Of a stretch of DNA of 64,000 bases, positions 43,529-52,793 are shown piece by piece (positions within the stretch are counted from its first letter, which is position 1; every line of letters begins with the position of its first letter). The stretch is from an uncultured Gemmatimonadales bacterium (GTDB taxonomy: Bacteria; Gemmatimonadota; Gemmatimonadetes; Gemmatimonadales; GWC2-71-9): contig CAVUAK010000001.1 of NCBI GenBank assembly GCA_963739455.1, positions 1,408,001 through 1,472,000 on the forward strand, in the 5' to 3' direction. Both the position numbers and the translations under genes were made by a program. The notes under the pieces were generated by a model, which was not told the DNA's origin, searched no databases, and saw only the letters and a list, made by a program, of their open reading frames with translations.

Positions 43529-44984
43529 GGACCACCTCCGCCAGCGTGAGTCCGCGGGTGCCATTGGTGCGAACAGCGGGTGTCGCACACCACTCCCTGC
43601 ACGCGTGGACTGGTACAACCTTGCCAGGATTCGAGCGCTCGCCGGGGTCGAAGACCCGACGCACAGCCTGCATGGCGCCGAGTGTCTCGGCGTCGAAGAT
43701 GAGGGGCATGTAATCGAGCTTGTCGTTGCCGACGCCGTGCTCACCGGTGATGCTGCCGCCGGCGGCGACGCAGGCGGTCATGATCTCGCGACTCGCATCG
43801 CGTACCCGCGCGGCGAGGGCAGCATTGCGACGGTCGAAACTGATGTTCGGGTGCAGGTTCCCGTCGCCGGCGTGAAAGACGTTGCTGATGTGCAGCTGGT
43901 AGCGATCGCGGATCTCGAAGATCTGGTCGAGCACATCGGGAAGCGCGGAGCGAGGCACCACGGCATCCTGCACCACGAGGTCGGGGGCGATGCGGCCCAT
44001 CGCGCCGAAGGCCTTCTTGCGCCCCTGCCAGAGCCGGGCGCGATCGGCGGCGGTCTCGGCGGTGAGGACGTTCCGGGCCTTGTGGGCGCGAAGCAGCGGC
44101 TCGACCACGGCGTGCTCGGCGGCGACGCTCTCGGGCTGGCCGTCGAGCTCCACCAGGAGCACCGCCGCGGCATCGGTGGGATACCCCGCTGCATAGATGG
44201 AGGCCTCGACCGCCCGCACGCAGGCCTGGTCCATCATCTCCAGCGCGGCGGGTACGATGCCGGAGGCAATGATGGCGGAGACCGCCTCACTGGCGGCGCG
44301 AATGCTCGGGAAATCGGCGAGCATGGTGCGCACGGTGACCGGAATCGGCTCGAGCCGCACGGTGATGCTGCAGGCGATGCCGAACATTCCCTCGCTGCCG
44401 ACGAAGAGTCCGACGAGGTCGGGGCCCCAGGCGTCGCCGTGCGCGGAGCCAAGGCGCGCAAGCGTCCCGTCGGGGAGAATGATCTCCAGGTCGGTGACGT
44501 GATTGGTGGTGACGCCGGCCTTGAGGCAGTGCGGGCCACCGGCGTTCTCGGCGACGTTGCCCCCGATGGTGCAGGCGGTCTGGCTGGATGGATCGGGGAC
44601 GTACTGCAGCCCGTGCGGCAGGACGGCCTCTGACAGCCGGGCATTGACGACGCCGGGCTCGACGACGGCGCGGCGAGTAGCGGGGTCGACGCTGATGATG
44701 CGGTTCAGGCGCGTGAGTGCCACGAGCACCGCATTGCTCTCGGCGAGTGCACCTCCACTCAAGCCGGTCCCTGCGCCGCGCGCGACGAACGGTGTCTTCG
44801 TGGCATGAAGCTGTTTCACGACAGCGATGAGCTCGTCGCGCGAGCCGGGGAGCACCACGACGCCAGGGTATGACTCGTGAGTCGGGAGCCCGTCCATGGT
44901 ATAGGTGGCGAGCTCGGCGCGGCGATGCCGCACCCAGCGGGGACCGACGATACCGGCGAGGCCGGTGAGCAGCGCCTCGTTCAC
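43521..44984 (-). CDS. glcD: Glycolate oxidase subunit GlcD (FAD-linked oxidase)
   Basis: RGAGTGLSGG, PDPSS..ACTIGGNVAENAGG, GSEG, HAGDGNLH, ITGEHGVG. Confidence 0.92.
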   Translation of the reverse strand: MNEALLTGLAGIVGPRWVRHRRAELATYTMDGLPTHESYPGVVVLPGSRDELIAVVKQLHATKTPFVARGAGTGLSGGALAESNAVLVALTRLNRIISVDPATRRAVVEPGVVNARLSEAVLPHGLQYVPDPSSQTACTIGGNVAENAGGPHCLKAGVTTNHVTDLEIILPDGTLARLGSAHGDAWGPDLVGLFVGSEGMFGIACSITVRLEPIPVTVRTMLADFPSIRAASEAVSAIIASGIVPAALEMMDQACVRAVEASIYAAGYPTDAAAVLLVELDGQPESVAAEHAVVEPLLRAHKARNVLTAETAADRARLWQGRKKAFGAMGRIAPDLVVQDAVVPRSALPDVLDQIFEIRDRYQLHISNVFHAGDGNLHPNISFDRRNAALAARVRDASREIMTACVAAGGSITGEHGVGNDKLDYMPLIFDAETLGAMQAVRRVFDPGERSNPGKVVPVHACREWCATPAVRTNGTRGLTLAEVVHD

Positions 44985-45646
44985 GAGCCGGCCAGGTCGG
45001 GAGGGTGATGCCCCTTCCCGTTGGAGTGCGACTTCTTCCGGGTGCGGAGCCCGGCATCGAGCGCGCTCACAAGCGGCGGGAGCATGTCGAGGAGGAGGTC
45101 CACGCGCTCGGTGGTGGAGCGGATCTCGAGCAGGGCCTGCTTCTCGGCGGCGCTGCAGTCGAGCGCGGCGGCGACATGAAACGAGAGTGCCGTGGGCTCG
45201 CTGGGGATCGCGCGGGTATCCGGCTCGAGGTCGTTCAGCTCGCGAAGCGCCGGGAGATAGTGTGCGAAGGCATCGGTGAGGGCGGCGCAGCGCGCGGCCG
45301 AAGGCAGGCTGTCGTCGCGGTCGTCAAAGGCCTCGACCATTGCGACGAGGTAGGGCGCGGGGTCATCGAGGTAGCGCGTGACGAGGAAGCGCGTGGTGCC
45401 CTGGACGACGATGTTGGAGCGACCGTCGTCGAGGGACTGGGCGCCGCGAATTCCGGCGACGCAACCGACGGCGCCCAGGGACGGCGCTTCGTGGGCGATA
45501 CCGGGGAGGGCCAGGCCGAACCGTTCGTCACCAGCGACGCAATCGGCGAGCATCCGGCGGTAGCGGGGCTCGAAGATGTGCAGGGGGAGCAGGGCGCCGG
45601 GGAAGAGGACGACGCCGAGTGGGAAGATGGGGAGGCGGAACGTCAT
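44981..45646 (-). CDS. Stand-alone Lon substrate-binding (LON N) domain protein
   Basis: LPIFPL.VVLFPG..LPLHIFEPRYR.M; EKQALLE. Confidence 0.9.
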   Translation of the reverse strand: MTFRLPIFPLGVVLFPGALLPLHIFEPRYRRMLADCVAGDERFGLALPGIAHEAPSLGAVGCVAGIRGAQSLDDGRSNIVVQGTTRFLVTRYLDDPAPYLVAMVEAFDDRDDSLPSAARCAALTDAFAHYLPALRELNDLEPDTRAIPSEPTALSFHVAAALDCSAAEKQALLEIRSTTERVDLLLDMLPPLVSALDAGLRTRKKSHSNGKGHHPPDLAGS

Positions 45647-45656
45647 GGTGGAAGAT

Positions 45657-45720
45657 AAGGCGGGGAGGGCGGGGAGGGCGCGTAAGGCGGGGAAGGCGGG
45701 GAAGGCGGGGAAGGCGGGGC
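45657..45720 (+). repeat. 9-bp G-rich array, about 6 units, in a divergent intergenic region
   Basis: Read directly. Confidence 0.85.
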
Positions 45721-45800
45721 GTGGCGCAGGTTTCGAAATTGTCATGATGAATTCATGTCCGGGCAATGGCGTGTCGAGGCTGGCCTAATCCGGGGATGGC

Positions 45801-46526
45801 ATGATCCTCCGGACCACGAAAACCGGAGGCCGCGTGTTCGAGACGCTGATCGAGTCATCGGGTTCGGTAAGGGGGCGGGGTGGAGAGGCGGCGGTATCAA
45901 TGGCATTGCATCTGGTGGTGCTGGCGGGGGCGGTGCACGCGACGCAGGGGGCCATGACCAGCGGCGCACTGCGCATTGTCGACACCACCATGGTGTTCGT
46001 GACGCACGCGCCGTCGCCGTCGCGCGCTGCTGTCCCACAGGCACCGAGCGAACCGCCGCGAGCGCCGGACCCCCTGGATGGATTTGTGCCACCGGATATC
46101 GTGCCGAGCGATATCCCACGCATCAGCCTGAGCGGTGGGCCATTCGATCCGGTCGCCGTGATCAGCATGTCGAGGCAGGCGGGAATTCCTGACGAAACTG
46201 CGGGCACCGCGCCGCGGACCGGCATGGATGGCGTGTACATGTCCGCCGAAGTGGAGGTAGCAGCGGAGGTGGTCGCGCAGCCGCAGCCGAAGTATCCACA
46301 GCTCCTGAAGCATGCGGGCGTCAGCGGCTACGTGGACATTGCCTTTGTCATCGATGCGTCGGGGCGAGTTGAGGCGGGCACAATGAAGGTGCTTGCGTCA
46401 TCGCACGACGCATTCGTGGCTCCTGCCCTGGAGGCGATCCTCAACGGGGTGTATCGCCCGGCGCAGTACCGAGGGGTTGCGGTGCGGCAACTGGTGCGGC
46501 AAAGGGTGTCGTTTGTCGGGAAGTAG
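45801..46526 (+). CDS. TonB family energy transducer
   Basis: TM S.ALH motif, Pro-rich linker, PKYP...GVSG.V...FVID..G.V C-terminal domain. Confidence 0.82.
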   Translation: MILRTTKTGGRVFETLIESSGSVRGRGGEAAVSMALHLVVLAGAVHATQGAMTSGALRIVDTTMVFVTHAPSPSRAAVPQAPSEPPRAPDPLDGFVPPDIVPSDIPRISLSGGPFDPVAVISMSRQAGIPDETAGTAPRTGMDGVYMSAEVEVAAEVVAQPQPKYPQLLKHAGVSGYVDIAFVIDASGRVEAGTMKVLASSHDAFVAPALEAILNGVYRPAQYRGVAVRQLVRQRVSFVGK

Positions 46527-47331
46527 TCACTTCCCGGCGCAGGACGAGCATGCGCAGCAGCCAGAGGAGGGCAGCAGCAGCGAGCAAGTGCTTGAGGGAG
46601 TGGCCGCTCACCCGATTGCCCGTCGCAGTGAAGATGGCCTGATCGAATTGCTCGGCGCCCTTCGACAGGGCGTAGAGAGCGAGCGCGCCAAGGATGTCAG
46701 CCCCCCGCGTGTAGCGGGAGGGGAAGAGGGCGATGAGTAGGAGCAGCAGCAGCAGCGACCCGAACTGCACGGCGGCGTAGGGATTCAGGTTCTCGACCCC
46801 GTGCCGGACGCTCCAGCGCCAATACCAGACGGAAGCGATGCCCACCATGACGAGGGGCGTCAGGAGGCGGCGACCCGCGGTGCCACTGATGCGCTCACTG
46901 ACCACCGCGGCCACGAGGCCCATGAAAGCAACCGCCATGGGCAGCCTGTCCCAGGCCAGGCGGGGGCTGTCGGGAGCGAGGTGATAGAACATCGATCCGA
47001 AGCAGGTTGCGGTGGCGCCGAGGAACACAACACCCCAGCACCCGCGCTCGGACGATTCCTCGAAGGCGGCCCCGCCATCGCGGCGGGTTCCGCGAATTAC
47101 GAAGCCGAGGCCCATGAGGCCGACCACAAGGAAGCCGATGTTGGAGGCGACGTCGAGGAAGTTGGGAATGCCCAGTGCGGCGTGCTGGTCGGCGAAGTGG
47201 TGATACGCCTCGGGCTGCGTGAAGCGCGGCGCAATGGCGGCCGCGAGTGCAATGATTGCGGCAGTGAGGCAGACAAACCAGATCCGACCGTTAGTATTGC
47301 TGCGCGATGTCATTGCCGAAGCTACCATCAT
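46441..47331 (-). CDS. Ceramidase-like (CREST superfamily) membrane hydrolase; true 3' end may be near 46527
   Basis: QP.AYHHFAD, NF.DV.SN, GS.FYH..P, WDRLPM, SGHSLKHL motifs. Confidence 0.85.
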   Translation of the reverse strand: MMVASAMTSRSNTNGRIWFVCLTAAIIALAAAIAPRFTQPEAYHHFADQHAALGIPNFLDVASNIGFLVVGLMGLGFVIRGTRRDGGAAFEESSERGCWGVVFLGATATCFGSMFYHLAPDSPRLAWDRLPMAVAFMGLVAAVVSERISGTAGRRLLTPLVMVGIASVWYWRWSVRHGVENLNPYAAVQFGSLLLLLLLIALFPSRYTRGADILGALALYALSKGAEQFDQAIFTATGNRVSGHSLKHLLAAAALLWLLRMLVLRREVTTSRQTTPFAAPVAAPQPLGTAPGDTPR

Positions 47332-47396
47332 GGGAGTCGAGCGGAAGGCTCACATACCTGAGGTGGGGGTTCGATCCCTCATGTGCGTTGAAGACG

Positions 47397-47846
47397 TCAT
47401 CGAGGCAACGGAGGAATCGGACCACCGAGCAGACCCGCAGCAGCGAACTCCTCACACCGGTCTCCTACGGCAACCACCTTCTGCGACAATGAATCCTGGA
47501 CCCGTCGCCACTGTGCTGCCGTCACCTGTTCCTTGACTCGGCGTCCAGCCTCGTCCAACAGCACATTCAGACTGTCGAGACTTACTAGCCGGCTCAGGCG
47601 TATTCCTTCGCAGAAAACCACTTCTTGGACCGCAGCCGGATCCTTCGCCTTGACTTGCTCCAGCCTGAGAGCAACAAACCTGTTGATCAAAGTGTCGGCC
47701 TCCAGCGATCTCTGCCGGGGGGTCTTCGTGCATCCAGAACAAAGCAAGGTCAGTGCGCTCGCCACCACAAAGGTCCTGCATGGTGTGCAGTTAGAATACC
47801 AACGCGACCACTTCCCCATCATCAACTTCCTGAAGGCCATCGGCAT
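47397..47846 (-). CDS. Hypothetical lipoprotein in a low-GC segment; start uncertain
   Basis: Hydrophobic stretch VVASALTLLCSGC (lipobox-like); atypical codon usage. Confidence 0.4.
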   Translation of the reverse strand: MPMAFRKLMMGKWSRWYSNCTPCRTFVVASALTLLCSGCTKTPRQRSLEADTLINRFVALRLEQVKAKDPAAVQEVVFCEGIRLSRLVSLDSLNVLLDEAGRRVKEQVTAAQWRRVQDSLSQKVVAVGDRCEEFAAAGLLGGPIPPLPR

Positions 47847-48314
47847 ATCCTTTCACGTCTTCAACTCAACAATGACTGAGCCGCAGACACTAGCCGTGTG
47901 TGCTGAGGACCATGCCAATTGCCGTAGCACACAGAGATGGGCTTCTTGGGTTGGTGCGAGTCGCTCCGGCTTGCAGCCTAGCCGAGACTTAAGGCCGTCC
48001 TCGCCTACTCGCTCCCACACTGTTGCCAAGTCTGCCGCACAGTGGAAAGGTGGCGCCAGCGGTTCCACCGGATTCGATGCCTGTTCCACCCGGACTGGGA
48101 GCCACACTTTCAAGAGGCAAAGCTAGATCGAGATCTCAGTATTCCAATACTGTTTGACTCATTGGCGTGTACTGGTAGATAGTTCGATCCGGTCGTTGCC
48201 TATCGTAGGCTTTCCCTTCAAGCAGACAGTTTGAAGCCTTGGCTCGCGTCACCGGCAAGGGCCCTGAACAGCGCTCGGTCTCTTCCGTTCCACGCAAAGG
48301 GAGTCGATCAGCCG

Positions 48315-49214
48315 GTGACAATCTCGAGGGGTTCCATTGCACTGGGCTTCCTGCTGGTTGCCGGTCGCGCCAATGCCCAGGCGCCGTTCAATGCCTGCTT
48401 CGACCGGCTGGGGCAGCCGATTCCCACTGTCGCGGACGACGCGATTGGCCGGGGAGGTGTCGCGACCTACCAGGGAGGCCAACGCGTCATCCTCTGGAAC
48501 AGCGACGCGAACAAGAGCGCGTCAGCAACCACGCAGCTGTTCCTGTACCTCCGCGCCTGCGCGCACCACAACCTGGGGCACCTCCAGCAGCGCGCGAGCG
48601 CGCAGACCGAGGGCGAGGCCGATTGCTGGGCCATCCAGCTGATGGTGGATGGCGGCATGATCGGAAGCCGCAACCTCGACCTGCTGCAGAAGGAGCAGGT
48701 GGCGGTGCGGGGAGACAGCACGCGCCTGAGCGGGAAGGCGTTGATCGACAGCTATGAGCGGTGCCTGACCATCAGGACGGATGCCAGTGCGTGGGCCGAC
48801 GCGCTGTCGGCATTCACCGCGGCGGCGCCCGACAGCTTCGGTGCGATTCGCGGGCACCCGGTGGAGGACGCGATGCCGGGAATTCACCAGTCGAGGCAGG
48901 ACGCGCCGGGCACGTACGATTGCGAAGTCCGGGGAATGGACTCGGTTCGCTGCATGGTGTTCGCGGCGCGAAAGACGAGTGCGGCTCGGAAGCGCTACCA
49001 GGAACTGATCAAGATCTTCCGGGGGTGGTTGCCGCCCACATGGACATCGGTCGAGCAGGAAGGCACGGCGAGCCTGGTGGAGCGGCAGTTCCTGGCGCAG
49101 GACAGCGAGAACAACACCGTGATCGCGCTGCTGGTGACGTCTGAGGCGCGGGTGTACTTCGTGGTGCGAAGGATGGCGGCTGACGTGAGTTCGATACAGC
49201 TGCAGGGAGATTAG
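48315..49214 (+). CDS. Secreted hypothetical protein with a degenerate zincin/M48-like N-domain
   Basis: Signal ending ANA-Q; FLYLRACAHHNLGH ... EGEADCWA resembles HExxH...ExxAD; GC-rich codon usage. Confidence 0.7.
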   Translation: MTISRGSIALGFLLVAGRANAQAPFNACFDRLGQPIPTVADDAIGRGGVATYQGGQRVILWNSDANKSASATTQLFLYLRACAHHNLGHLQQRASAQTEGEADCWAIQLMVDGGMIGSRNLDLLQKEQVAVRGDSTRLSGKALIDSYERCLTIRTDASAWADALSAFTAAAPDSFGAIRGHPVEDAMPGIHQSRQDAPGTYDCEVRGMDSVRCMVFAARKTSAARKRYQELIKIFRGWLPPTWTSVEQEGTASLVERQFLAQDSENNTVIALLVTSEARVYFVVRRMAADVSSIQLQGD

Positions 49215-49240
49215 GACGTGAGGACGTGAGGACGTGAGGG
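49213..49240 (+). repeat. (AGGACGTG)x3 octamer starting inside the TAG stop codon
   Basis: Read directly; same unit and copy number as the array at 2670. Confidence 0.9.
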
Positions 49241-49258
49241 TGGCTGAAGGTGGGAGGG

Positions 49259-51026
49259 TTACTCAGCGAGCAATGCAGCAGGCTCCGTGCGGATTGCGCG
49301 GCGCAGGGGGCGGATGGCACCGATCATCGCCGCGAGTGAAAGCAGTGCCGCCGGCACTAGGAGATCGCTGACAGGGAGGAGCGGGAGGTCGCCCAGGATC
49401 TCCGAGAGTACGGCGCGCAACGATGGTCCCACCGCGGTGAGTGCCACCAGGATTCCAGCCGCAATAATCAGGACGGTGCGCCCCAGGACGGCCGCAGAAA
49501 TGTGGCGGCGCGTGGCGCCGAGCGCGCGATGGATCGCCAGCTCGGGCACGAGGGCTGAGGCCCAGATCGAGACGCTGACCATGGTGCCCAGCGCGCCGAG
49601 CAGCAGCGCCGCGATGGCCTCAACGCGGAACCAGCGGGCGAACCAGAGCATCGGCAGGGTGGACGCCCGACGGAGCGCGGATTCCGCCATGCCGCTCGAG
49701 TGCCTGATGGTGGAGAACTTCGCGAGCGTGGCCTCTGCGTTGGCCGCAGCGGCAGCATTGCCGCGAACGACGAGATCGGCGGCGGCGATGGGGTGCTGCA
49801 GCGTGCTGAGATAGACCGCGAAGCGGGGCTGGAGTCCGCCGCTCCGTCGCGGTGCCATTCCATCGTCGACGACACCAACAACGGTGTACGGCACGCGATC
49901 GGTGCCCATGAAGATGCTGCGGCCCACCGCGCTGCCGTGCTCGAAGTGGAGTGCTGCCATCTGGCGATTGACGATCGCGACGCGCGGTGCCTTCCAGTTG
50001 TCATCCAGCGTGAAGGTGCGACCGGCGACAAGGGGAATGCCCATGACCTTGAAGCTGTCGGGGCTCACGACGGAATGTATTGCCCGCTCGTTGTGCCACT
50101 GCAGGAAGATCCCGCCGACGAAGCACTGTCCGCAGTCGGTCTCCACCCAGTCCACGGTACCGAGTCCCGACGAGTGCACCGGGGCTGGTGAGGCTCGCCC
50201 CTTCGATGCCCTCAGTGGCCGCGAGATCGCGGAGCATGTCCAGGTACTGTGCGGAGCGAGCAGCGGGGTCGGCGTCGCTGCCCGCGAGCTGGTAGACGGT
50301 GCCGTCGGCGGCGGTGTTACCGGCGCCCATCAACAGCGTCGCCTGCCTGCTGACGAGCGTGGCGGCGAGCAGGATGGCGAGGCTTGCGCCGATCTGCACG
50401 ATGGGGGGAAACAGGCCCAGCGGATTTGCCGGGAGGTTGACGAGCCGCTTGCCGCGAGCGTGGCGCATTGGAAGCATCGCGCTGAGAAGCAGTGCCACTG
50501 CAGTGCTGATGGAGACAGCGACGGGCGCGTAGTGCCAAGGGCCGAGTGCATCAGGCCAGGTGCGGAGCGCCACGCGCAGCGCGATGTATCCCGCGGCAAT
50601 TCCGAGTGGAACGGCCGTCAGCACGATGACGAGGCCCTCGCTGAGAAAGCTGAGGGCCAGGTCGCGTCGGGAGGCGCCAACAGCTCGGCGGACTGCGGTG
50701 TCGGCTGCGCGTTCGCCAGAGCGAGTCCACTGCAGGATTGCGGCGGTGACGACGGCGACGGCGCAGGCGGCTGCAGCGATGACAAGAAGCAGGGCCAGGA
50801 GCTGCGCGATCGCTCCCGATTGAAGTGCCGCAGGTGACTGTGCGGTGCTGGTCCAGGCGAGGCCGAGGTCGGTGTCGCGAATCGGGCTGGGCTGGAGGGC
50901 CGATGGTCCGAGCGAAAGAACAGGTGCAAGGGTGGCGATGGCGGCGGCTGACGCGATGCCGAGCCAGGCGGCGGTGCGCCCATGATCACGAAGGGCGTCC
51001 GTGAGCGGGACGAGGATGCGCGTTAT
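49259..51026 (-). CDS. FtsX/MacB-type ABC permease (ADOP-like); frameshift near 50165, start uncertain
   Basis: Duplicated AVRRAVGASRR / AIHRALGATRR motifs; VSPDSF..MGIPL.AGR.F...D, IVN. Confidence 0.75.
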
Positions 51027-51508
51027 AGCGGAGTGTCCACCGTTGCCATGCATTCGAGTTCCATTCGTGCGCCGAGTGCCAGTCCGGTGGTGCCAAAGGC
51101 ACTGCGCGCAGGGAAGTGCTTCGTAAAGTATGTGGCGTATACCGCGTTCATCGCGGGCCACTCGCTCATGTCGGCCAGCATCGCGGTGCACTTCACGACG
51201 TTGTCCATCGACGATCCGTTTCGTTCCAGCGCGGCCTTGATGTTCTCAAGGGTCCGCCGGGTCTCGGCCTCGATACCGCCAGGCACGATCTTGCCGGCAC
51301 TGTCACCAAGCTGGCCGGACAGGTACAGCATGTTACCCACGCGCACGGCCTCGGCGAAGGGTCGCGCGGGACCGTTGTCGGCGCGCGGAATGTACTGGAC
51401 AGTGGGGGACGACGGCGGGGCCGGTTGTGACGATGGCCGGCTGCGATCGCAGCCGGCCAGGGTCAGCACCACGAGTACCAGCGGGAGGGACTTCAGGCGG
51501 CCACCCAA
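51023..51508 (-). CDS. RidA/YjgF family protein with a lipoprotein signal
   Basis: PFAEAVRVG.MLYLSGQ, VVKCT..LADM, MNAVY, PARS, E.EC; N-terminal LVVLTLAGC. Confidence 0.88.
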   Translation of the reverse strand: MGGRLKSLPLVLVVLTLAGCDRSRPSSQPAPPSSPTVQYIPRADNGPARPFAEAVRVGNMLYLSGQLGDSAGKIVPGGIEAETRRTLENIKAALERNGSSMDNVVKCTAMLADMSEWPAMNAVYATYFTKHFPARSAFGTTGLALGARMELECMATVDTPL

Positions 51509-52422
51509 CGGCCCTTGAGGTGCTGGATGTCGGGGCAGTGCCGGAGCTTCTCGAAGGCGCGCTCGCGGATCTGCCGGATGCGCTCGCGGGTGACGCCGAG
51601 CCGCTCGCCGATGGCCTCGAGCGTCAGTGCCTCGGAGCCTTCCTCGAGCCCGTAGTACATGGAGAGGATGGCGCGCTCGCGCGGCGTGAGGTGGCGCGCA
51701 AAGAGCCGGTCGACGAACTCGCGGGTGAGATGCTGGTCCGTCAGGGACTCGATTTCTGAATCGGCGTTGCCGGCGACGCGCTCACCGATGGTGGCACCGT
51801 GACGATCGCGGCCGTCGACCGGGGCGTCGAGCGACATCTCGATGGTGGACATCTGCCGGGCTTCGCGAATGGTCTCGACCTGTTCGCCGAGTGCCCGCGC
51901 GAGTTCGCCATCGGTGGGCGCGCGGCCGAGCTCCTGGGAAAGGAGCGACTGCACGCGGCTCATCTTGATGAGCGATGAATTCTGGTTGAGGGGAATCCGA
52001 ACGCTGCGTGTCTGTTCTGCGAGAGCCTTGAGGACTGCCTGGCGGACCCACCACACTGCGTAGCTGATGAACTTGACGCCATGATCGGGATCGAACTTCC
52101 GCACTGCCTTGAGGAGCCCTTCATTGCCGATCGCCACCAGTTCGCCGAGGTCGAGTCCGTGTCCCTGATACTTCTTCACGTAGGCGATGACGAACCGGAG
52201 ATTGGCGGTGACGAGTCGCTCGGCCGCCGTCTGGTCGCCGCTGAGTGCGCGGCGAGCAAGCGCGCGTTCCTCGGCGGGGTCGGTGATCATCGGGAGACGT
52301 TGTATGTCGACGAGGTACTGGTCGAAGGATCCCTGGGCGACTGCTCGGCCCACGTTGCGGACGCCAGGGCGAGCAGCCTTGCGAGCGACAGGACGAACAA
52401 GGCTAGCGCGGGTGCGAGCCAT
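51493..52422 (-). CDS. RNA polymerase sigma-70 factor, RpoD/SigA family, lacking region 1.1
   Basis: Region 1.2 FDQYL..I; region 2 ANLRFV, GNEGL.KA..KFD, KFISYAVWW.RQ; region 4 TLE.IG...GVTRERIRQI. Confidence 0.95.
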   Translation of the reverse strand: MARTRASLVRPVARKAARPGVRNVGRAVAQGSFDQYLVDIQRLPMITDPAEERALARRALSGDQTAAERLVTANLRFVIAYVKKYQGHGLDLGELVAIGNEGLLKAVRKFDPDHGVKFISYAVWWVRQAVLKALAEQTRSVRIPLNQNSSLIKMSRVQSLLSQELGRAPTDGELARALGEQVETIREARQMSTIEMSLDAPVDGRDRHGATIGERVAGNADSEIESLTDQHLTREFVDRLFARHLTPRERAILSMYYGLEEGSEALTLEAIGERLGVTRERIRQIRERAFEKLRHCPDIQHLKGRWVAA

Positions 52423-52530
52423 TCATACCCCCTTCAGGGGAACCGTCGAGTTGTTTGGATGCTACGGAACAGCATTGCGGTAAGGGCAGCCAATATAGGA
52501 AGCGACAGTAATGCGGTCAAGCAAGAAAAC

Positions 52531-52598
52531 TTCTCCACATCACAAATATTCGTGGGGCATAAGCTTGTGGAGGTTATACAGTTATCCACTTATCCACA
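52531..52598 (+). promoter_or_regulatory. Cluster of DnaA-box-like 9-mers in an AT-rich intergenic region
   Basis: Perfect TTATCCACA at 52590-52598, TTATCCACT at 52582-52590, TTCTCCACA at 52531-52539, weaker TTATACAGT at 52574. Confidence 0.6.
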
Positions 52599-52659
52599 GA
52601 AACCGGTGTGACGTCGGTGGCAGTATGGGACGATCGACCTAGTTGGGATGCTAAGCTGC

Positions 52660-52690
52660 GGGAACAGGGAACGGGGAACAGGGAACAGCA
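52660..52690 (+). repeat. (GGGAACA/GGGAACG)x4 heptamer array
   Basis: gggaaca gggaacg gggaaca gggaaca gcaacg. Confidence 0.8.
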
Positions 52691-52793
52691 ACGCGGGGAG
52701 AGGGAAGAGGGAAAGCGGCTGCGGGTAGAGGGACCCCGCGTGGAAGTCGCGGGATTGCCGCGTCGGCCGCGTTGCGGCCTCCTCAGCAATGAC

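Noticed and set aside
46441..46526. 86-bp convergent overlap of the TonB and ceramidase-like genes
   Set aside because: Probably read-through from a one-base error near 46530, where a TGA lies in an adjacent frame.
47339..47381. tRNA-Val(CAC)-like stretch (GAGC..CTCACAT..AGGT GGGGG TTCGATC CCTC)
   Set aside because: Loop spacing is tRNA-like, but the anticodon stem barely pairs and there is no acceptor stem or CCA. At best a decayed fragment, possibly chance.
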